From: Fibrobacteria bacterium
GTDB taxonomy: Bacteria > Fibrobacterota > Fibrobacteria > UBA11236
Assembly: GCA_041746255.1 (NCBI GenBank)
Contig: JBGTHM010000126.1
Span: forward strand, 1-64,000
Direction: 5' to 3'
DNA: 64,000 nucleotides
The position numbers and the translations under genes were made by a program. The notes beneath the pieces are model-generated. The model saw only the letters and a program-made list of their open reading frames with translations, had not been told where the DNA came from and searched no databases. Numbering within the stretch: the first letter of the stretch is position 1; each line of letters begins with the position of its first letter. Shown here in pieces: positions 21,888 to 32,603 of the stretch.

Positions 21888-22734
21888 GGAGGAGTTACTC
21901 AGGCTGACGGCGTCGGTGGAGGCCCATTCTCAGCATCCCATCGCCAAGGGCATCGTCTCATCAATGGTGGACAGCTACCCGGTCGATGGTTTCCAATCCA
22001 TTCCAGGAAACGGCGCCTTTGGAAAGGTTAAAGGGAAGAAAGTGCGCGTGGTCAGTCCCGGGTATTTGCGGGAACAGGGCCTCTATGTTTCCGACCCGGC
22101 GCGGGTGGACGCCCTTTCCGCCCAGGGTAAAACGGTGATCCACGTTCTCCTCGACGGCCAGCCGGCGGGGGCCATCGCCTTGGCCGATCTTGTCAGCCCC
22201 GAATCCAAGGAAGCCATCTGGCGCCTTCGGGAAAAGGGTATGCGCTGCATGATGCTCACCGGCGATAATCGCCGGTTGGCGGATTGGGTCGCCAAGGAAA
22301 TCGGATTGGACGAGGTGTTCGCCGAGGTACTGCCTCATGAAAAATCCGCCAAGGTGAAGGAAGTGCAGGACCGGGGACTCACAGTGGCCATGACCGGTGA
22401 CGGGGTGAATGACGTCCTCGCCCTGGCCCAGGCGGACGTGGGCATAGCCGTGGGCGCGGGCGCGGACGTGGCGGTGGAAACGGCGGATATCGTGCTGGTC
22501 AGGAGCAACCCTCTGGACGTAGCCGCCATTTTGCTCCTGGCTAAGGCCACCTACCGGAAAATGTTCCAGAACCTGGTCTGGGCCACGGGCTATAACGCCT
22601 TCGCCATCTCCGCCGCCGGCGGGATTTTCTACCAGGCCGGATTGCTGCTGACCCCCACCATGGGCGCGGTATTCATGTCGGACAGCACAGTCATCGTGGC
22701 CATTAATGCGAGACTGCTACGCATCAGGAAATAG
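21880..22734 (+). pseudogene. copB: 5'-truncated copB paralog (C-terminal ~280 aa only)
   Basis: Colinear with 6790-7637 but lacks CPH and DKTGT; has GDGVNDVL instead of GDGVNDAP. Confidence 0.85.
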
Positions 22735-23102
22735 CCGAATTGCCGGAAATTTAGAAGATGGTGCAATGCAACAAAGGCCCATGATAGCCACCTCAACCAT
22801 CGCCATGTACGGGTTGATGTAATTGAACACCTAGAGTCAGCGGGAGGAAATCCGCGAGATTAGGCGGCTGATCGATGAAATTGAAAACAGTCGAAAGCAT
22901 CGATATACCATAGGAATACGGGGACGAAGAATACTTCGAGATATTCCGAGTTTGCGAAGCTGAAAAGCTGTCCACAGGCTTCCTTTTCAGATTTCATATT
23001 TGGGTAAAACATGGACCAGGAGCCAATTGGAAGAATCTCAGCTCTGCTAAGGAGTATGGAACAGGAAGCCCGCCTACGGCACCCGGTTCATTTTTATGGG
23101 AA

Positions 23103-23154
23103 GTGTCCACCTGGGTGTCCACTTTTTCGTAGTAGGTGGTAGTATTTCGTAGTA
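23103..23154 (+). repeat. Phased short direct repeats, putative integrase arm / accessory-factor binding sites
   Basis: GTGTCCAC at 23103 and 23115; GTAGTA at 23129, 23139 and 23149 (10-bp period); about 100 bp inside the att core. Confidence 0.55.
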
Positions 23155-23257
23155 TCTGGCACAGGCCTGCCTCTTTCCTGAGGCAAGAAAAGCGGCCTAA
23201 ATAACTCGTTTTCGCCACTTTTCCGAAACCTGGTCAAAATACATGCCCCCCTTCCCC

Positions 23258-23306
23258 CTCCTTGCCAAGGAGATGGTCGAGCGTTCGAGTCGCTTAACCC
23301 GCTCCA
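23258..23306 (+). tRNA. 3' fragment of tRNA-Gly(GCC), att site of the island (not a full tRNA)
   Basis: CTCC-TTGCCAA-GGAG anticodon arm, T-arm with GTTCGAGT, ...CCCGCTCCA end; D-arm and 5' acceptor strand absent. Confidence 0.88.
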
Positions 23307-23307
23307 T

Positions 23308-23335
23308 AAAGCCTCTCAGAAATGAGGGGCTTTTT
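23308..23335 (+). terminator. Rho-independent terminator following the tRNA 3' end
   Basis: AAAGCCTCTCA-GAAA-TGAGGGGCTTTTT hairpin with T-tract. Confidence 0.8.
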
Positions 23336-23548
23336 GCGTTTTAGACTCCCTATATTTCCGATACAAATGGATTGGTTTTTTTCAGAAATCACAGGGGTGT
23401 GAGATCCCCTTTTTCGCTCTATCCGCAAATTGAGTATGGTGTAAAAAAGCAGGAATCGCCAAAATGGGAAATAAAATGCCGAAACATTGATATTTCAGCT
23501 ATACTCATAATGGAAATTACGATCATTTCGCTTAAGCGCGTACCAATT

Positions 23549-25213
23549 CTAGTACACCCGAAGAAAACTTATTTGGGGTGTATTATTTCGATGTTGGCTC
23601 CGTAAAATCAATAATCCCCGCTGCAACGAAGCTTCGCCCACAAATTGGCGGTCAAATACGCTTTTACGGGACCACACTACCCTGCCCTGCGTATCCATAA
23701 TCTCCATATCCGCGGGATAGGCGTTGGATTCGAAATAAATGCCCCCCGCTCCAGGACGTACAGTCGAGAATAGGGCTCTCGAGGGTTTGATGTGAATGCC
23801 CGTATTCGCCGTAGCACCAGGGCCCACATCGGAGGGCTTCAACGGACGCAAGGTCACCGGGCTGTTACTGAATTGATCGGAGCCGACGTCTTTCTTGTCA
23901 GCCCGAGGTTGACCGTCCTTGTCATTTTTGACAAAGGTGTAATTTCCCACTGCGGCGCCTATCGCCGGGCTACCGGCCTTGAGTTGCGGAATGCCGTCGG
24001 CGCCGATACTTATTAGCGGGTCAACTTCCTTGAACCCTGCATTTGGCAAATCACCCGCAGGTGATTTCCAGATGATATTCCCCTCGAATACGGGTGTCGT
24101 CCAGACGGACCGGCTTTCCCGAGTAACGGCCTGTTTGCAATTGACAAAAAGGTTATTTACCAGCCTTATGTCTTTAGATCCCCCATCGCCGCCATGGACG
24201 AATCCATGAGAGCTTTCGATCATGGTGTTGAACCCGACGAAGGATCGGTCCGGCCTTTGGTGAGAATAACCGTTGTCATGGTCGGGATTATTGTCTTTGC
24301 GACTAAACGCTTTAATCGCTTCCCCGACCTTTACGAAGGTATTGTTATAAATTTTATGGTCCGTGCCGGAGAAGCGTATTCCGGAACCTCCGAAAAAGTA
24401 ATTGCCGTAAACCTCCCCTTCATTGCCGTTGCGTAAATTGACGTCCCTTGAATTGTATATCGTATTATACCGGAAAGTTACGTTATGGCATTTCGCAGAC
24501 AAGACTCCCTCCGCGTCCGCATTCATTCTTTCGAACAAGTTGTGCTCTATAAGCAGATAGGCTTTACTGTGCCTCCTGGCGTGATAGCCCGGTTGGATCG
24601 CCGTATTATCGTTATCGGACCGGTTTGGAAAGTCGATGAAATGATTATGGTGAACCCAATTGCCTTTGGACATGTCCGAGGTGCCTTCGCCTTGAATCGA
24701 CAGGATGGGCCCCTTGAATTTTTTGTTCCGGAATGTGTTATAACTAACCTCGTTGCTGTCACCGAATACTTTTAAATAGGAAGTGCTGGATGAACCGTTT
24801 GGCGTCAACTCATACACATTTCGCGTGATCTTAGAGTGCGACGCGCTGTTGCCCCGCCCGGTTACCGCCTTGTGTTTGAATACGAATCCCTGTAGAGTAA
24901 CGTATTGGGTACCTTGCTCCAGATCGATCCCTGCTTCTCCGGTAATCGTAACCCCGCCAATGGTTTCCGCCCGTATGATTATGGGACTCCCGGGCATTCC
25001 TTTTTTGTTCTCGACTTTGATGACGCCTGTGGAAACATAGGTTCCATTGGCCAGGACTATTTCATCCCCCATTTCAGCGTTTGCGATAGCGGTATTAAGA
25101 GCAGCCAGCGAATTAACGGATATGGTTCGGGAAGCATCCACCACTTGACTTAGGGATACCAGCACCATTATCCAAAATCCGATTCGTGGGTTAACTATTC
25201 GTGGCATTTTCAT
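23549..25213 (-). CDS. Secreted PL6 / chondroitinase-B-like beta-helix polysaccharide lyase
   Basis: GDEIVLANGTY, PIIIRAET.GGV, IEHNLFE, NVTFRYNT, LRNGN..EVYGNYF, DKDGQPR..KKDVG; C-terminal DTQGRVV tail. Confidence 0.8.
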   Translation of the reverse strand: MKMPRIVNPRIGFWIMVLVSLSQVVDASRTISVNSLAALNTAIANAEMGDEIVLANGTYVSTGVIKVENKKGMPGSPIIIRAETIGGVTITGEAGIDLEQGTQYVTLQGFVFKHKAVTGRGNSASHSKITRNVYELTPNGSSSTSYLKVFGDSNEVSYNTFRNKKFKGPILSIQGEGTSDMSKGNWVHHNHFIDFPNRSDNDNTAIQPGYHARRHSKAYLLIEHNLFERMNADAEGVLSAKCHNVTFRYNTIYNSRDVNLRNGNEGEVYGNYFFGGSGIRFSGTDHKIYNNTFVKVGEAIKAFSRKDNNPDHDNGYSHQRPDRSFVGFNTMIESSHGFVHGGDGGSKDIRLVNNLFVNCKQAVTRESRSVWTTPVFEGNIIWKSPAGDLPNAGFKEVDPLISIGADGIPQLKAGSPAIGAAVGNYTFVKNDKDGQPRADKKDVGSDQFSNSPVTLRPLKPSDVGPGATANTGIHIKPSRALFSTVRPGAGGIYFESNAYPADMEIMDTQGRVVWSRKSVFDRQFVGEASLQRGLLILRSQHRNNTPQISFLRVY

Positions 25214-25393
25214 TGGTCAACTCTCTAAGGCATCTTATCTGTAAGGTCACGAGAATCCTTTCTCTTAACCTATCGCCAAAGTTGGGGAATGTTCTACAGA
25301 AAATGCGGTAATTTCATATAAAATCCGGTTATTTGAGCCTTTGGCCGTTATTTGGCTAAAGCGGGAATTTCTGCCAGAGCAGTATCACCCTCA

Positions 25394-27160
25394 TCAATGC
25401 CGATGCACCGGTTGCGTCCCGATATCATTATTTGCCGCTGTGCCAATGGGAGGGATTTTCCTCTCAATATCGCCGCATTGCAGCATCGCAGCGCCATAAT
25501 ACGGATTCTTGATGGCTTCGAATTCGCTTAACCAATAGGCGCCGGTGTCGTTCGCGGCCATGGGACAATGGTTGAGAAACAAACCCTCTCGATTCACCCC
25601 GAAAAATTCCACCGCGGCAATCAAGGAGTTCGAAAGCATTTCAAAATGATTCCTCTTTTCTTTCAAATCCTTGGCTTTGATTAAGTTTTCAACGGAAACT
25701 TGGATTTGTTTTTCCTGTTCCTTCCAAGTGGAGAGCGCATCCCCTTGCAGATGAGACCCCCCTACTCTTTTCACCGTGGATAGCAATCGTTTACCAATAC
25801 CCCCGGCCTTATCCCCATCACTCTCCACCAATGCGTTTTTAACCTCTAAGTATGCCTCAACAACTTCCGTCAATTGTAATGTGAACTGCGCCGGAATATT
25901 GCGAGCCAGGCTCGCGGGCCGATTCATCATGCTGTAATTGCCGCTGAGCTGCGCGGCCGCGTCAATCGCGAATACCCCGTTCACCACCACTTTATCACCT
26001 GGATTGAGCCCGGATGATACGCTATAGAACTCGCCGGTACGCGAACCCAAGGTTATCTCCCGCATTTCAAAGGCGGGAAATTCACTGTCGGTAATCTCCA
26101 CGTAAACCACGGAACGCGTGCCTGTCCACAACAGCGCCGACTTGGGAATCAATAAGGTTTTTTCCTGAAAGCTGATGCCACTTTTAACTTTGGCGTTGAT
26201 GAACATATCCGGCTTCAATACCATTCCCGGATTTGCGATCTCTGCCCTTACCGCAGCCGTTCGGGTTTGCGGGTTGACCAGTGGATCGACGAAGCTGATG
26301 GCGGAAGTGAACTCACGCCCCGGAATCGAGGCAACTGTGAATGTGACTTTCTCCCCCACCCTAATCAAGGGAATATCACTTTCATAGGCATCCAGAAGCA
26401 CCCATACCTTGGATAAATCGGCGATTTCGAAAAGTGCGCTGCCCCGATTCACGAAGTCTCCCGTGGAGAATCCCCGCTTAATCACCACCCCCGCAACATC
26501 CGAATAAATGTCCAACTCGGGTTTCACATCACCGGCAGCTTCGATGGCGGCGATTTGCTTGTCCCCGATTTTCCACAGCCGGAGTTTTTCACGAACGGCA
26601 TTATAAAGTACGGGGTTCGCATCCCTGTTGCGTGCGGCCTCCAATAATTCCTTTTGCGCGGTAATCAATTCAGGAGAATAAATGGTGGCCAGCTTTTGGC
26701 CTTTACTCACCTGCTGACCGGTGAAATCGATGAACAGTCTTTCAATCCTCCCGGAAAAATTGGCGGTGATGACGGCGAGGTTCTGTTCATTGACGGCTAT
26801 CTTACCGGACAGGCTGATTTCATGCCCCGGAGCGAGATAATCGATTTTGACGGTTTGGATATTCGCCAGAGCCACCGCCTCGGGCGACATGGAGTGGACA
26901 TAAGGGTTGGCAGGGCCACTGCCGCTTGATCGCGTCAACGGAATCAGGTCCATTCCGCATAGCGGACACTTTCCGGGACCGTCTTGTCGGATCTGTGGAT
27001 GCATGGAACAGGTATAAATTTTGGCTTCCTCGGAACTACCCGCACTGTCGCCATGGGTGTGCCCCGCGGAACCACTGAAGAACATCCAACCCAAGGCCAA
27101 ACCCACCGCCAGCATCAGGCCCAGTTGTAAAAGCCGGTTATTCACGATTCGATTCCTCAT
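25394..27160 (-). CDS. cusB: CusB-type RND adaptor with N-terminal heavy-metal-binding domain and C-terminal DUF3347
   Basis: YTCSMHPQI...CPLCGMDL; YSPEL; C-terminal HCPMA..GAYWLS...NPYYG..ML.CG. Confidence 0.88.
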   Translation of the reverse strand: MRNRIVNNRLLQLGLMLAVGLALGWMFFSGSAGHTHGDSAGSSEEAKIYTCSMHPQIRQDGPGKCPLCGMDLIPLTRSSGSGPANPYVHSMSPEAVALANIQTVKIDYLAPGHEISLSGKIAVNEQNLAVITANFSGRIERLFIDFTGQQVSKGQKLATIYSPELITAQKELLEAARNRDANPVLYNAVREKLRLWKIGDKQIAAIEAAGDVKPELDIYSDVAGVVIKRGFSTGDFVNRGSALFEIADLSKVWVLLDAYESDIPLIRVGEKVTFTVASIPGREFTSAISFVDPLVNPQTRTAAVRAEIANPGMVLKPDMFINAKVKSGISFQEKTLLIPKSALLWTGTRSVVYVEITDSEFPAFEMREITLGSRTGEFYSVSSGLNPGDKVVVNGVFAIDAAAQLSGNYSMMNRPASLARNIPAQFTLQLTEVVEAYLEVKNALVESDGDKAGGIGKRLLSTVKRVGGSHLQGDALSTWKEQEKQIQVSVENLIKAKDLKEKRNHFEMLSNSLIAAVEFFGVNREGLFLNHCPMAANDTGAYWLSEFEAIKNPYYGAAMLQCGDIERKIPPIGTAANNDIGTQPVHRH

Positions 27161-28653
27161 TTCGTTCCACCCTTCTTAATCGCCTCGCCCATGCGTTTAT
27201 CCAATGTAAACGCCCCCATCAATCTCTCCGCCCGGGCCACGGCCAGATTGTTGTCGGCCAAGGCCTTTTCCCCTTGCAATTCGTATTCCAACAGCTTTTT
27301 TTGCAGACGCAGTAATTCTTCGAATCCCTTTCCTGACCCCGTATATTGGGCCGTCAGAATATTCACCGCCTGCCGGGCCAAATTGGCTTGCGCCTGATAC
27401 AATTCGATTCTGCGGGAAGCGTCCTTGAAATCACGGTTTATCTCCGCAATACTTACCATCAACTGATTATGCACATCTTTCCGTCGCTCCACCGTAGCCT
27501 CTCGTTTAAGCTCGGCTTCTTTCACCGAAGCTCTGTATTTTCCTCTCCACATGGGAATACTTAAGGTTACCATGGGCATCAACATGTCGTGGCCCGCGCC
27601 GCCGTGACCGGCTTCCTCCCGGACTCGAAAAAAATCGTATTGCAGGCCGACACCAACCATGGGAAGCCCCATTCTCCTGTTCATTTTTTCCTGAAAGGAA
27701 AAAGCCTTCTCCTCCGCCTCCAACATGTTCAGCATGGGGTTGTCCTTTTCAATGGTTTGCGTGAGCGCCGAGGGCAGCACACCAGGGTGTAGTTTGGTCG
27801 GTAGGGCAACCGGCTCCACCAATCCACTTCCCAGAATTCCATTGAATCGTGCCGTTAAGGTCGTACGACGATCCACCAAAGCCGACAGGGCGTTTTCCAA
27901 TTCTTTGACTTCCATTTGCACCCACAGCACGTCGACCATTCCGGAACCACTTCCACCGGCATCCATGGTGGCCATGGAACCCTGGCTACCCGCAACGCTT
28001 TCGCCGGCGGCCATGCCCGAGGCTGCACTACCGCCCATACCGCTCATCCCTCCCATGGCATCGGCTGAACCCCCACCGGCGCTGGGAGAGGCTCCTCGAG
28101 TCGCAGCGCTTCCTCCCATGCCGCTCCCAGTCGATGCACCGGCCCCGCCACCACCGCTGAAACGGATGAGAGCGATATTTTCCAGGCTTTTCAGTATTTC
28201 CCTGTTCTTTTCCGTAACCTTGATTTCCTGTTCCAGCATGTACAAGTCAAGCAACCCCGATTTAACGTCAAAGAACACTTGGTCTGCGGCTTCACGGAAT
28301 AGCTGGTATTCGCCCTCGGCCATCATGGCGGCTTCGCTTTTGGCGGCGCTCCGGGTTCCGAACCAGGGAAACATTTGCATGATGGAAACACTTCCCACCT
28401 GATCACCCGCGTAGCGCTCCATAGGCTGAAGGAAAATTCCAAAGGAAGCCTCCGGGTCGGGCAAGGAACCCATTTGCGGAACTTTTTCCAAGGCCGCCAA
28501 ATAATTTTTGAACTTGGCTTTAAGGCCGGGATTGTTCTCAGCGGCCAATATGCCATACTCTTCAACCGTTTGAGCGGATAACCCGGCATACCCAAGGAGC
28601 AAAGCCCCCAAAATAAACAGGGATATTATTTTTCTCGGGAATAAGCGCGTCAT
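27157..28653 (-). CDS. TolC-family outer membrane factor with Gly/Ser/Met-rich insertion
   Basis: ENNPGLKA, LPDP, QMFPWFG; ~70-aa low-complexity insert. Confidence 0.88.
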   Translation of the reverse strand: MTRLFPRKIISLFILGALLLGYAGLSAQTVEEYGILAAENNPGLKAKFKNYLAALEKVPQMGSLPDPEASFGIFLQPMERYAGDQVGSVSIMQMFPWFGTRSAAKSEAAMMAEGEYQLFREAADQVFFDVKSGLLDLYMLEQEIKVTEKNREILKSLENIALIRFSGGGGAGASTGSGMGGSAATRGASPSAGGGSADAMGGMSGMGGSAASGMAAGESVAGSQGSMATMDAGGSGSGMVDVLWVQMEVKELENALSALVDRRTTLTARFNGILGSGLVEPVALPTKLHPGVLPSALTQTIEKDNPMLNMLEAEEKAFSFQEKMNRRMGLPMVGVGLQYDFFRVREEAGHGGAGHDMLMPMVTLSIPMWRGKYRASVKEAELKREATVERRKDVHNQLMVSIAEINRDFKDASRRIELYQAQANLARQAVNILTAQYTGSGKGFEELLRLQKKLLEYELQGEKALADNNLAVARAERLMGAFTLDKRMGEAIKKGGTK

Positions 28654-31600
28654 TCAGACGTCCTCCGTAACTTGTTTTTTCCCGGCAATTGTCTTCACTT
28701 GATATTCCGCCATCGCCGCATAGAGTACCGGAACCACGAACAAGGTGATGAGCACCACCGTCATTCCGCCGAAAACCGGAATGGCCATGGGAATCATGAT
28801 ATCCGACCCCCTGCCCCGCGAAGTCAATACCGGCAGCAAAGCCAACAGGGTGGTGGCCGAGGTCATGAGACAGGGACGTATTCTACGCATGCCGGCTTCC
28901 AGAACGGCTTGGCGTATCTCAACCACAGTGGATGGCCGCCGTTTGGCGAAACTTTGCTTCATATAAGTTGCGATCAGCACTCCGTCGTCGGTGGCGAGAC
29001 CGAACAGGGCGATGAAACCCACCCATACCGCCACGCTCAAATTGAAGGCGCGTATCTGAAACAATTCCCGGAAATCGATTCCGAAATAAGCACCTCCCAA
29101 AAACCAAGTCTGTCCATACAGCCAGAGCATGATAAACCCGCCCGCAAAAGCCATGGCAATGGAGGAGAAAATCATCAACGACACCGCCACCGATTGGAAT
29201 TGGAAGTAAAGAATGAGGAAGATGATGACCAAAACCAGGGGAATCACGATGGCCAAACGCTTTTCCGCCCTGACCTGGTTTTCATAAGTGCCGGAAAATT
29301 GATAGCTGACTCCGGGAGGTACAAGAAGTTCGCCGTCTGCGATTTTTTTGCTGAGAAAACGCTGCGCGTCCTCCACCACAGTGACTTCCGAAAATCCTTC
29401 CTGTTTATCCAAAAGCACGTATCCCACCAGGAAAGTGTCTTCGCCCCGGATCATCATCGGTCCGGCGCGGTAGCGAATTTCGGCGACTTCTTCCAAGGGG
29501 ATTTGCGCTCCCATAGGCGAGGAAATCAAAATGCGTTTAATTGATTCTGGGTCGTCGCGATACTCCCTGGCATAGCGGGCGCGGATGTTGAAACGCTCTC
29601 GCCCTTCCACCGTAGTGGTAAGCGGCATGCCGCCTATGGCTACTTCGATATAATGTTGCACCTCGCCCACGCTCAGGCCATACCGGCCCATGGCCTCCCG
29701 GTTCAAATCGATTTCAAGGTAGGGCTTGCCCAGGCTCCTGTCGGCATATACCGCTTCGGGCTTCACCGAGGGAATCTCTTTGAGTAAACGCTCCAGCTTC
29801 AGACTGAACTCTTCGATGGATTGTAGGTCGGGACCGAATACTTTAATCCCCATGGGGGCCCTCATACCGGTTTGCAACATTACCAGGCGCGTTTCGATGG
29901 GATGTAATTTTGGCGCCGAGGTCAAACCGGGTATATCGTTGGTGGCATTGACGATTTCATTCCAAATGTCGTCGGGGGTGCGAATATGGTCGCGCCATTG
30001 GCGAAAAGGTTTTCCCTTTTTATCGGGAATTAAGTCTCCCCCTTCGTCGCGAAGGAAATCCCCGTCTTTACCGATGCGGTAACGGAGGGAATACCCATTT
30101 TCATCGGTTTTGAACTCGCTTTTATAAGTGATGATGTTCTCGAACATGGATATCGGCGCGGGATCCAGCGCGCTTTCCACCCTACCGGCTTTTCCGACCA
30201 CCAGTTCCACTTCGGGAATGGCCTGCACGCGCATATCCAGCTGTCGGATATAACCGAGGTTGGCTTCCATACCCGAATGCGGCATGGATGTGGGCATCAA
30301 CAGAAAGGAACCTTCGTCCAAAGAAGGCATGAATTCCTTACCCATACCGGGAAAGGCATGGGAAAGCATTGACCAAGGTGCGGTGGCGCGGATATTCACC
30401 CCCACCTTTTCTAAGCTCTGGGGAATGATTCCGAATACCTTGTCGAAACCCAGCCAGATATTGACGCCCAAAACCATGATCAGGGCAGGAGCGGCCAGGA
30501 AGATCGTCTTATGTTCGAGACACGTTTTCAGTATTACCGGATAGTACCGGATGAATATTCGAAAGGAACCGATAACCGAAACGATTACCAGGAGAATGAA
30601 CAGGAAATTAGCCAAGAACGGATTGTTCAATCCCAGCGGCATCCAGGCACCCGCCAATAACCAGGACACCGCGACGGCGATTATCACTGCGGTAACCGCT
30701 TGGTGGTACTCGCCATGCCAGACTACCATAGACCGCAGACGGGGATGGGAAATGCGTTCGGGGCTGATTCTCCGAAACAATCCATTTAATCCCAATAGCA
30801 TCAGCACTACGCCTGCCCACGGCGATATCCAAAGCACCGCTACACCCGACATCATCAGCAAAACCTGCAAGCGTTTGCCCCATTTACGCCCCGGTTCCTT
30901 AATGGAAAAAAGGAAATGGGCGAAAGCGGGCAGCATGGTAAACGTGACTATCAAAGCGGCAACCAGACCAAAAGTTTTGGTATAGGCCAAGGGTCCGAAA
31001 AGTTTGCCTTCGGCGGCTTGCAAGGTGAATACCGGCAGAAAACTAACCACGGTGGTGGATACTGCCGTCAATATGGCGCTGGATACTTCAGCGGAGGCGT
31101 TATATACCGTAGTCAAAATGGGCTGATTGAGCGGGGCCTCTTTCTGGTGACGGAGCACGTTCTCACTCAAAATGATTCCCAAATCCACCATGGTACCGAT
31201 GGCAATGGCGATGCCGGACAAAGCCACGATATTGGCGTCGACATTCAGGTATTTCATCATGATGAAACTCATCAGCACGGCGATGGGAAGCAGGGCGGAA
31301 ATCAGCAGCGAAGCCCGCAAGTGCATAACCATGGCGATCAGGACGATAATGGTGATAAGTATTTGCAGGGAAATGGCTTGGTATAAAGTTCCGATGGTTT
31401 CATATATCAAGCTCGAACGATCATAAAACGGCACCAGGGTGACCTTGGAGACCCGCCCGTCCGCTAGGGTTTTTGCAGGCAGGCCCGGACGGATTTGCTC
31501 AATTTTATCCTTGATATGTTGGATCACCTGTAAAGGGTTGTCCCCATAGCGGGCCACTACCACGCCACCAACCGCTTCCACTCCCCCTTTGTCCAAAAAG

Positions 31601-32478
31601 CCGTTATGTCCACGAGGCGCCGGCCCGATATTTACCTTGGAAATGTCCCGAACACGGATGGGGACGTTTCCGGATAGTTTCACTACCGTCTGTTCGATTT
31701 CCTCGGTGGATTGGATATACCCCAATCCTCTTACCAGGTATTCCGCCATATTGATCTCAACGGTATTGGCGCCGACATCCTGATTGCTGTTGCGCAAAGC
31801 TTCGACTACCTGCATGATACCCACGCCATGGGCTTTCATGGCTATCGGGTCTAGGTCGACTTGGTATTCCTTGACGAACCCGCCTATGGAGGCCACTTCA
31901 GACACGCCTTCCACGGCGGTAAGCGAATTACGCACATAAAAATCCTGGATGGTGCGCAGCTCATGGGGATCCCATCCTCCCGCGGGCTTCCCCTTTTCGT
32001 CGCGCCCTTCGAGGGTATACCAGTAAACCTGCCCCAGGGCGGTGGCGTCCGGGCCTAAAGTAGGCGCGACACCTTGCGGTAGCAGTTGCGGCGGAAGGGA
32101 ATTGAGTTTTTCCAATACCCGGGTTCGACTCCAGTAATACTCCACAGATTCGTCGAAAATGATATAAATGCTGGAAAATCCGAACATGGAGGTGCTGCGC
32201 ACACTTTTCACGCCGGGCATTCCCAATAAGGAGGAGGTGAGGGGATAAGTTATTTGGTCTTCCACGTCCTGAGGACTGCGCCCCATCCATTCGGTAAAAA
32301 CGATTTGCTGGTTCTCCCCGATGTCGGGAATGGCATCCACAGGAACAGGGTCACGGGGAAAAACGCCCAGGTTCCAATTGAAGGGAGCCGTCACCACTCC
32401 CCACCCGACAAACAAAGCAAGCAACAGAATGGTGACCAGCTTGTTTACCAAAAAGTATCGGATGATGGAATTCAACAT
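28654..32478 (-). CDS. cusA: CusA/SilA-type Cu/Ag RND transporter (long Bacteroidota-like form)
   Basis: VDAIPDIGENQQIVFTEWMGRSP, LGPDATALG, NIVALSGIAIAIGTMVD, FMPSLDEG, RIRPCLMT. Confidence 0.92.
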   Translation of the reverse strand: MLNSIIRYFLVNKLVTILLLALFVGWGVVTAPFNWNLGVFPRDPVPVDAIPDIGENQQIVFTEWMGRSPQDVEDQITYPLTSSLLGMPGVKSVRSTSMFGFSSIYIIFDESVEYYWSRTRVLEKLNSLPPQLLPQGVAPTLGPDATALGQVYWYTLEGRDEKGKPAGGWDPHELRTIQDFYVRNSLTAVEGVSEVASIGGFVKEYQVDLDPIAMKAHGVGIMQVVEALRNSNQDVGANTVEINMAEYLVRGLGYIQSTEEIEQTVVKLSGNVPIRVRDISKVNIGPAPRGHNGFLDKGGVEAVGGVVVARYGDNPLQVIQHIKDKIEQIRPGLPAKTLADGRVSKVTLVPFYDRSSLIYETIGTLYQAISLQILITIIVLIAMVMHLRASLLISALLPIAVLMSFIMMKYLNVDANIVALSGIAIAIGTMVDLGIILSENVLRHQKEAPLNQPILTTVYNASAEVSSAILTAVSTTVVSFLPVFTLQAAEGKLFGPLAYTKTFGLVAALIVTFTMLPAFAHFLFSIKEPGRKWGKRLQVLLMMSGVAVLWISPWAGVVLMLLGLNGLFRRISPERISHPRLRSMVVWHGEYHQAVTAVIIAVAVSWLLAGAWMPLGLNNPFLANFLFILLVIVSVIGSFRIFIRYYPVILKTCLEHKTIFLAAPALIMVLGVNIWLGFDKVFGIIPQSLEKVGVNIRATAPWSMLSHAFPGMGKEFMPSLDEGSFLLMPTSMPHSGMEANLGYIRQLDMRVQAIPEVELVVGKAGRVESALDPAPISMFENIITYKSEFKTDENGYSLRYRIGKDGDFLRDEGGDLIPDKKGKPFRQWRDHIRTPDDIWNEIVNATNDIPGLTSAPKLHPIETRLVMLQTGMRAPMGIKVFGPDLQSIEEFSLKLERLLKEIPSVKPEAVYADRSLGKPYLEIDLNREAMGRYGLSVGEVQHYIEVAIGGMPLTTTVEGRERFNIRARYAREYRDDPESIKRILISSPMGAQIPLEEVAEIRYRAGPMMIRGEDTFLVGYVLLDKQEGFSEVTVVEDAQRFLSKKIADGELLVPPGVSYQFSGTYENQVRAEKRLAIVIPLVLVIIFLILYFQFQSVAVSLMIFSSIAMAFAGGFIMLWLYGQTWFLGGAYFGIDFRELFQIRAFNLSVAVWVGFIALFGLATDDGVLIATYMKQSFAKRRPSTVVEIRQAVLEAGMRRIRPCLMTSATTLLALLPVLTSRGRGSDIMIPMAIPVFGGMTVVLITLFVVPVLYAAMAEYQVKTIAGKKQVTEDV

Positions 32479-32603
32479 GAGGCGGTTTCAGCTTTCTGTT
32501 TAAAAGGATACAGGATGTGAATATGGCGACAAATCCATGGGGAAAATCGCAAGGACACAATCATCCCGGGGCGCTTATTAACAGCGTGGGATGGCTATCG
32601 ATT

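Noticed and set aside
22735..23100. Integrase remnant next to the att site
   Set aside because: Only short broken ORFs with no tyrosine-recombinase motifs recognisable.
23258..23306. Functional tRNA-Gly gene
   Set aside because: The 5' acceptor strand and D-arm are missing; upstream is a C-rich non-tRNA sequence.
25240..25266. Additional TGTAAG ECF promoter
   Set aside because: No CGTC at the 16-nt spacing, and it points away from the adjacent gene.
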